Made by a program: the position numbers and the translations under genes. Under the pieces are notes generated by a model. It did not search any database. It was not told the DNA's origin and saw nothing but the letters and a program-made list of their open reading frames with translations. Shown here piece after piece: positions 33,704 through 39,005 of a stretch of 39,005 bases of DNA (the first letter of the stretch is position 1; each line of letters opens with the position of its first letter). The stretch comes from a virus (taxonomy: Duplodnaviria; Caudoviricetes), in the IMG/VR virus record IMGVR_UViG_3300038393_001017, positions 1 to 39,005 of that record. The stretch is one strand, 5' to 3'.

Positions 33704-33887
33704 ACAGCTCGTATCCGGCCATGATCGCCAAGGCTTCGATGGCCCGTTCGTGGGCGTAGGTCGGGACGTAAATTCCCCGGAGTTCCATGAGTGCTACTTC
33801 GGCCGCCAGCCTCATCTGGCCACGGCTCAGGTCGGGCGCCCCTTCAAGTGCAGCATAGATCTGGCGAGAACGCGCCCACTGGTTCAC
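33681..33887 (-). CDS. Hypothetical protein
   Basis: 68-aa ORF between portal and scaffold; its 3' end carries a TCAGAA motif. Confidence 0.5.
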   Translation of the reverse strand: MNQWARSRQIYAALEGAPDLSRGQMRLAAEVALMELRGIYVPTYAHERAIEALAIMAGYELFRKSSPV

Positions 33888-33892
33888 GGTTG

Positions 33893-36013
33893 TTATCCGG
33901 AGGGCTGCTTGTTGGCCTGGAGGATCTTGGCGCGGGCATTGGTTCCTTCGATCGCCAGCTTGATCGGCATGTGCGCCGTGTCGGCCTCGAGGTTATCCGC
34001 TTCGGCTGCCGTCTTCCTGATTTGAACGGCCTCGTGAACCGCCTTCAGCCCGGTCGGAACGTCCGGCGCCTTGTCGGGACCGCCGAGAACCGTCGCTTGA
34101 GCAACCTTGAGCAACGCGTCGGCGTGACGCTGGCCTGCGGAAGCGATGAGGTCTTGCGCCTTGGCTTCTGCCACGGCCGCGTTCGGATCGGGCTGCTGTG
34201 CTGCCAACTGTTGCTGTTGCGCCAGTTCCTGTTTCTCTTCGTCGGTCGGCTGAAGAACGCCAAGCTTGATACCGCGCATCCGGACCCATTTCTTGAGGTC
34301 CGAAATCCCTTCGCCGTCCATTTCGGCCAATGCTGCAATGATACACGCCGCGGCCAGCTCCTGATCTCCGGCCTGTCCCGCAGCTTCCGCCATTCCTACC
34401 AGTGAGCGAACCGTGGCGTCTCTACGCGTCCTCGAGGAAGGTCCAATGTCGACGATGCAGCGGTACTTGCTGTCGAACGCGAGATTGGCCTGCTTGCCGT
34501 CCTTGGTCATGTAGGGCTGGCCAATTTGAATATATTTCTCGCCGCCCTTCTCGTCCTTGGCGCGCATCTTGCGGCCTTCCTCGACGTAGAGCTCCGACGC
34601 CATGCCTTTCCACACCGTTCCGCACCTACGAACCGCCGTTCCGAAATTGTCGGTATAGATGAAGTTCTTCGAATCCACCCGCTGGTGAACGAGGTCGATC
34701 GCTTTTGCCGAAGTATTGGCCGGAACCTCATCGGCCTGGTCCGAACTTCCGGTGATGTCGGCAATGTCCTGTCCCGCCAGTTGAATGAGGGCCGCCGTGG
34801 CTTGGGGAACGGACGGCGGCTCAACCTTACCAACCGGTCCGGTCTGGGCAATTGTCCCATCCTCGTTCCGGAGCGCGTTGATGAGCTGGTACGGGCTCCG
34901 CTTGATATTTCCTTCGGCCCAGCTGTTCTCGTGGCCCGCGACTTGTTCCGTGGTCAGGATCGGCTTTTCGAACGGGCTGATCCCGGCGATCAAGGCGAGT
35001 TGGGAAACCTCGGCATTATAGATCCGCTGCGGGTCCTTGGCTTTCCGGACGTGGCCGGAGCAATGCTCGACGTTGTTGATGATCTTCCGCTTGGCGAAAA
35101 ATGGAATGATCGGGATATTCGGGCCGGGAACGGTCTCTTCGCTTAAAACCTCGGCCCCGGAAATGACGTATTTCGTGACCTGGGGCTTCTTCGCGGTGCG
35201 GCGGCGCTCGACCTTCCAGCCCTGCGCCTTCAGGTCTGCAATATCGCCCTTGTCCGGGTCGTACAGCACCTTCTCATCCTCGATCACGGGATGGGAAAGA
35301 ACCACCTTCTCGGTCTTGACCTGATCGACCTCGTAATATTCGCCGACGACAACGATCTTTGCTGCCATGTCGTACCAGATGAAGCTGGTCTGCGGCCAGT
35401 TGGTGAAGTCGGTATTCGACGCATCGGGATATTCTTCCTCGAACTCCTCATCGGGTATCGGATTGAGGACGATGCACCACTCGGCATCGTGCTTGTCGGA
35501 GAACAGGGACGGTCCGAAGAACACGCGTTGATCGGCATCTGTGATCGGTTCGAAGCAAATCCGCTGATAGTCGTTGTCGGGATCGCCTTCGTCCTCGTAA
35601 TTGGCTCTCAGTCGCCAAGCCCCAATGCCGCCGCCAACGCCTTCCTCGAACGCAACGTCTTGCGCTTCCTGTCCACCGTCCTCGAAATCGGCGCGGTACA
35701 GGCCATCCAGAGCGTCGGCGGCCTCATCGTCGCCTTGGTCGTCGTCGGGCCGGAAATCGACGCTGATGCGGTTGTTGCGATAGTCCGAATAGATGCGCTC
35801 CAGCTCTTTCGAGGTCTTGTCGACCTCCATCTTGGGTGCGCCTTCGAATTGCGAAGTCCATTCGTCATCCCATTGGGCGCCACGAATAGTGCAGAACCGC
35901 CGGTCGTCGAGGCTTTCGGCGCGCTCGTCACGTTGCACGGTCCAGATTGCGTCGAACCGCTTCAGCGCGCGGGCGTGGACTTCGGCCAAGCGGTCGTCGT
36001 CGGACTTGCTCAT
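33893..36013 (-). CDS. Portal protein (P22-like)
   Basis: 706 aa with DRRF...GAQWDD, GGIGAWR, IPIIPF and GHVRKAKDPQRIYN motifs and a helical C-terminal barrel-like region. Confidence 0.9.
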   Translation of the reverse strand: MSKSDDDRLAEVHARALKRFDAIWTVQRDERAESLDDRRFCTIRGAQWDDEWTSQFEGAPKMEVDKTSKELERIYSDYRNNRISVDFRPDDDQGDDEAADALDGLYRADFEDGGQEAQDVAFEEGVGGGIGAWRLRANYEDEGDPDNDYQRICFEPITDADQRVFFGPSLFSDKHDAEWCIVLNPIPDEEFEEEYPDASNTDFTNWPQTSFIWYDMAAKIVVVGEYYEVDQVKTEKVVLSHPVIEDEKVLYDPDKGDIADLKAQGWKVERRRTAKKPQVTKYVISGAEVLSEETVPGPNIPIIPFFAKRKIINNVEHCSGHVRKAKDPQRIYNAEVSQLALIAGISPFEKPILTTEQVAGHENSWAEGNIKRSPYQLINALRNEDGTIAQTGPVGKVEPPSVPQATAALIQLAGQDIADITGSSDQADEVPANTSAKAIDLVHQRVDSKNFIYTDNFGTAVRRCGTVWKGMASELYVEEGRKMRAKDEKGGEKYIQIGQPYMTKDGKQANLAFDSKYRCIVDIGPSSRTRRDATVRSLVGMAEAAGQAGDQELAAACIIAALAEMDGEGISDLKKWVRMRGIKLGVLQPTDEEKQELAQQQQLAAQQPDPNAAVAEAKAQDLIASAGQRHADALLKVAQATVLGGPDKAPDVPTGLKAVHEAVQIRKTAAEADNLEADTAHMPIKLAIEGTNARAKILQANKQPSG

Positions 36014-36216
36014 TTCTTTTTGCCAAGCACTCGGTTGGCCTTGGCCTTGATCTTCGCGGCGGCTGAGGCGCTCAGCTTGCCCTTGGCCACCATCTGGGTA
36101 GCACGCGCTTTCGCGTCCGCAGCATGGGCTTTATCGGGAACGGGATATGATCGCCCCGGGCCGGCGAACTTGCTCTTCGGGAGGGCCTTGCGCGCCTTGC
36201 TGCTGAGCTTTGCCAT
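36010..36216 (-). CDS. Small highly basic protein (68 aa)
   Basis: MAKLSSKARKALPKSKFAGPGRSYPVPDKAHA...; own TCAGAA motif; ATGA overlap with the portal gene. Confidence 0.7.
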   Translation of the reverse strand: MAKLSSKARKALPKSKFAGPGRSYPVPDKAHAADAKARATQMVAKGKLSASAAAKIKAKANRVLGKKK

Positions 36217-36260
36217 GCTCAAGCGATAATCGCGGTGGCGTGCTCAGGCGGATTTTCTGA
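36217..36260 (-). promoter_or_regulatory. Late promoter motif
   Basis: TCAGAA-N26-TATCGC-N6-ATG(36216). Confidence 0.75.
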
Positions 36261-36263
36261 ACG

Positions 36264-37502
36264 TCAGCCGCGTCGGCGGCTAAACCCTGTCGCCAGCGAT
36301 GGAATGGGGCGGACGATCACCTTGTGATCGTTCTTCAATGCCCGCCTCGCTCCCTCGACCGCATATCTCAGCGCGTCGATCATGTGGTTGTCCTTGTCCT
36401 CGAGCACGGCCGTCACCTGTCCGGTGAGGCTGTCCACCTTGTAGCTGTAATGCGTCAGCTCATCGATGAGATGCTGACAGCGAGGATGGATAACCAGATC
36501 ATAGCTCTTCAGGAACTCAACGCCCTCCTCAACCGAGCGCGGACCCTTGATCGCTGACTGAATGCGGGGGAAACCGTGGTTGCGGAGATGGCTGATCGTC
36601 TCCGGTCGTGAGCTGTCGGCCGTCATCCAATATTTCTCAGCGTCCGGAATACCCATGAACAGGGCGGGAAGGCTGACGATCTCGACGCCGACGCCCCATG
36701 CCTCATAGTCCACAAATATCTGCGTGCCATCGATCCAACAGCGTGTGGAGCATGACGGATCAATCGAGAATCCGAAGTCGGCGCCGAGCCTGTATTCTAC
36801 ATTGGCTGGGCTCTCGAATGCCTCAACACGCCAATTCTTGAACACCCGCGCTTCCGAGTTGGCACGATATTGCCCGAGCCAAATATGATTGTATTTGTCG
36901 ATATCCCGTGAGCGGGTGAACTCCATCTCGACCCGCAGTTCTTCGGGAAACCACGGATTGTCCGGATAGCTGACTTCACGCACGATGCTGTTGGGCGGCG
37001 GTCCACCTTCGCCCCTGAACATCACGTCAACAGGATCAGTCGGCAAGTCGGGGTTCCACGTCCATATGAGCCGTGACTTCGGTCCTCGAATCGTCGGCAC
37101 AACCGTATCAATGCTGCCTTGGCTGAACGCCTGCGCCTCATCGCCCCAAAACGTGGTTACGCCCTCGATCGACTTAACGCCGGCCGCATTACCCTTGAGG
37201 CCGGTGAAGATGAACAGCCCATCATTGGGTCCGCGTATCTCGGTTTCCGTGCTGGCGAACACTGAGCGAAGCTTGAGACGGTCTATCTCATCGTCGAGCA
37301 CCCGCTTGGACGAATCCTTGATTGATCGCTGCGTCTCGCGGCCACACAGGACGCGCTCATGATGCTCCATCGATTGAAGCAAGAGCCCGGTCGCTACTGT
37401 CCGTGTCTTTCCTGGTCCCCGGCCGCCGTGCCATGCCAGATGACGGAATGGGAGCCACAGGTCGCCAGCATATTCCGGTAGATCAACCTGGCCGGGGTTC
37501 AC
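36264..37502 (-). CDS. terL: Terminase large subunit (PBSX-family)
   Basis: GGRGPGKT (Walker A), FWGDEAQ (Walker B), TWNP, GADFGF..DP and DKDNHMIDALRY. Confidence 0.93.
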   Translation of the reverse strand: MNPGQVDLPEYAGDLWLPFRHLAWHGGRGPGKTRTVATGLLLQSMEHHERVLCGRETQRSIKDSSKRVLDDEIDRLKLRSVFASTETEIRGPNDGLFIFTGLKGNAAGVKSIEGVTTFWGDEAQAFSQGSIDTVVPTIRGPKSRLIWTWNPDLPTDPVDVMFRGEGGPPPNSIVREVSYPDNPWFPEELRVEMEFTRSRDIDKYNHIWLGQYRANSEARVFKNWRVEAFESPANVEYRLGADFGFSIDPSCSTRCWIDGTQIFVDYEAWGVGVEIVSLPALFMGIPDAEKYWMTADSSRPETISHLRNHGFPRIQSAIKGPRSVEEGVEFLKSYDLVIHPRCQHLIDELTHYSYKVDSLTGQVTAVLEDKDNHMIDALRYAVEGARRALKNDHKVIVRPIPSLATGFSRRRG

Positions 37503-37860
37503 TTGCTCGCACCAAGTTTACTGTCCAGCTCTCCGGCAATGGATTGTCCGGATCTGAGCCGATGAGCTGCTTTTCCTTCCAATCATCGGCGGCCATGTTC
37601 TTGAGCCCTAATGCAATGGCACCCTGACAGCCCTCGCCAGTGACTGCGAGCTTTCGATTGGCCTTTTCCCACCAAGCCGCGCATTTGGCTTTCGCGCGCG
37701 CACATGCTTCCGAAAACTCAGGATGCTCCTTGATCCATTCGTTGATCGTCGATCTCGCCACGCCGATTTCAGCAGCGAACGATGTTAGGCTCGCGCCCTC
37801 TGCAAGATGCGCTACCACGTCATCGCAATAGGCTTCGCTGTATTTCGACGGCCGACCCAT
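37483..37860 (-). CDS. terS: Terminase small subunit
   Basis: MGRPSKYS...HTH...WIKEHPEFSEA pattern, directly upstream of terL. Confidence 0.85.
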   Translation of the reverse strand: MGRPSKYSEAYCDDVVAHLAEGASLTSFAAEIGVARSTINEWIKEHPEFSEACARAKAKCAAWWEKANRKLAVTGEGCQGAIALGLKNMAADDWKEKQLIGSDPDNPLPESWTVNLVRASEPRPG

Positions 37861-38063
37861 CAGGCGATCCGCGTCACGAGAATGCTGTCGGCCATCCGAT
37901 GCAGCGAGAATTTGGCTTTCAAGCGGACGCCAGCCTGATAGGCTGCGCATCGCACCGTGTTCACGCTGCGCGCCGGATCGATAAAGCTATCTCCCACTTC
38001 CATCTTGCTCCAAGGATAGCGCTTCCACGGACGAGCATCTGAAAGCGGCTCGCAAACGCTCAT
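37860..38063 (-). CDS. Small putative DNA-binding protein
   Basis: YPWSKMEVGDSF motif; one-base overlaps at both ends. Confidence 0.6.
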   Translation of the reverse strand: MSVCEPLSDARPWKRYPWSKMEVGDSFIDPARSVNTVRCAAYQAGVRLKAKFSLHRMADSILVTRIA

Positions 38064-38398
38064 CAGGCAGCCTTTCCAGTGTTGACGACGAACCCTGCGG
38101 CTCTCAAGGCATCCAATAGCTTGGATGATCCTTCACGGGCGTCTTTCTGACGTTTGGCGTCGGATAAGGCTGCTGGTTCGGCGAGCTCGGAATCGTGCGG
38201 ACCGCGTTCTCGGTAGTAACGATCCTTCACGCTGTCCCGGCTGCGATAGGACAGGAGCGCGTGAGTTTCGTCGAGATCATAGCCCATTGAAATGGCGCTG
38301 CGGACAATCTGGATTTCGCCCGGTGTCCATCGTGCGACGGCCCGCATCGGCTGGACGAACCGGGCTGATCCTCTGCCGTGAGATTGAGTGATACGCAT
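38063..38398 (-). CDS. Myb/GcrA-like HTH protein (late activator candidate)
   Basis: GGGGAGGG RBS; RWTPGEIQIVR...LSYRSRDSVKDR; located at the early/late boundary. Confidence 0.5.
   Translation of the reverse strand: MRITQSHGRGSARFVQPMRAVARWTPGEIQIVRSAISMGYDLDETHALLSYRSRDSVKDRYYRERGPHDSELAEPAALSDAKRQKDAREGSSKLLDALRAAGFVVNTGKAA
38113..38150 (-). promoter_or_regulatory. Late promoter motif upstream of the terminase operon (possible)
   Basis: TCAGAA-N26-TATTGG, about 50 nt upstream of ATG 38063. Confidence 0.45.
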
Positions 38399-38418
38399 TT
38401 CCCTCCCCATCTCCATCG

Positions 38419-38649
38419 CTACTGCTCGAGAACAAGCATCTTGCCGTGCAAAACCCAGCGCACAGGTCCCAAGCCTTGGGTCTTCCGGTATTCGTTGGTT
38501 CGGCGCCATGCGAGCTGTTGGTTGGCGAAGTCGCAATGCTCGGCAGGGGTCCATTCCTTGCGCTCTTTGGGCGGCACATACCCGGGCATGTTCTCGATAG
38601 CGTCGGGATCGTTCGGCGCGCTGCTTTTCGCGAGGCGGTTAGTGGTCAT
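38419..38649 (-). CDS. Hypothetical protein downstream of the initiator
   Basis: GGAGG RBS; overlaps the initiator 3' end. Confidence 0.55.
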   Translation of the reverse strand: MTTNRLAKSSAPNDPDAIENMPGYVPPKERKEWTPAEHCDFANQQLAWRRTNEYRKTQGLGPVRWVLHGKMLVLEQ

Positions 38650-39005
38650 ATGCGCCCTCCAGCAACTTCGTGAATGACTTGGGTTGAAGCAGGAAATCGA
38701 AATCGGCTCGCCAGCCTCGATCATTCTCGCCGCGGCAGAATGCAGATCGTTCGAGGGCGTCCATCGCCCGCTGCCATTCCTCGAGTGTGCTGTCCTTCAG
38801 CCTTGCAGCGAGCTGACGTTCGCGCTGGCCAGTCATCTTGGCGACGGCTGGAAAGCCGAGCGGCACCATGCGCTGATGCCATGCTTCCAGGATTTCGGTT
38901 TTGGTCAGCGGCGGAGGGTCGGCGTCAGCTGACAAATCCTCGGATTGGGGGGTTAAAGGGGGGGTTAGTTTTTTGGGGTCTGGGGAGTTTTTCAGGGGGG
39001 GCGAT
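38639..39005 (-). CDS. Replication initiator, C-terminal part (continues from 230..1)
   Basis: Open to the window end. Pro-rich linker, then ILEAWH...RERQLAARL...S.FCRGENDRGWRADFDFLLQPKSFTKLLEGAY, a typical phage replication protein C-terminus. Confidence 0.8.
   Translation of the reverse strand, partial: SPPLKNSPDPKKLTPPLTPQSEDLSADADPPPLTKTEILEAWHQRMVPLGFPAVAKMTGQRERQLAARLKDSTLEEWQRAMDALERSAFCRGENDRGWRADFDFLLQPKSFTKLLEGAYDH

Overview
The window appears to be one complete ~39 kb temperate phage genome in circular (non-integrated) form, with a lambdoid early region and a P22-like podovirus structural module. A Sphingomonadaceae-like alphaproteobacterial host is my inference from GC-rich composition, promoter style and the tRNA-Glu att core. 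Two things indicate completeness: a replication-initiator ORF reads in frame across the 39005/1 junction, and an unsplit attP (3' half of tRNA-Glu) lies right after the integrase. Layout: a minus-strand early arm (cro, HTH genes, RusA, initiator with internal iterons); cI flanked by palindromic operators; a plus-strand early arm (DNA MTase, DEDDh exonuclease, Fic, ERF, YqaJ, DUF968-like, xis, int); attP; then minus-strand late genes (terS, terL, portal, scaffold, coat, gp4/gp10-like, three ejection proteins, split tailspike-like genes, lysis). The main unexplained signals are: (1) about ten copies of a fixed-geometry motif TCAGAA-N26-(-10 box), mostly 6-8 nt before a start codon, across the late region, suggesting distributed activator-dependent, largely leaderless late promoters instead of Q antitermination; (2) three copies of an ~85 nt multi-hairpin element rich in GAA loops; (3) a hidden antisense 39-aa membrane peptide at the P22 sieA position; (4) unusual cargo, namely a glycosyltransferase in the head module, a fatty-acid hydroxylase moron, a secreted Calx-beta/DUF1996-like protein and a thermonuclease. 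All family calls come from motif recognition by eye; no database searches were run.
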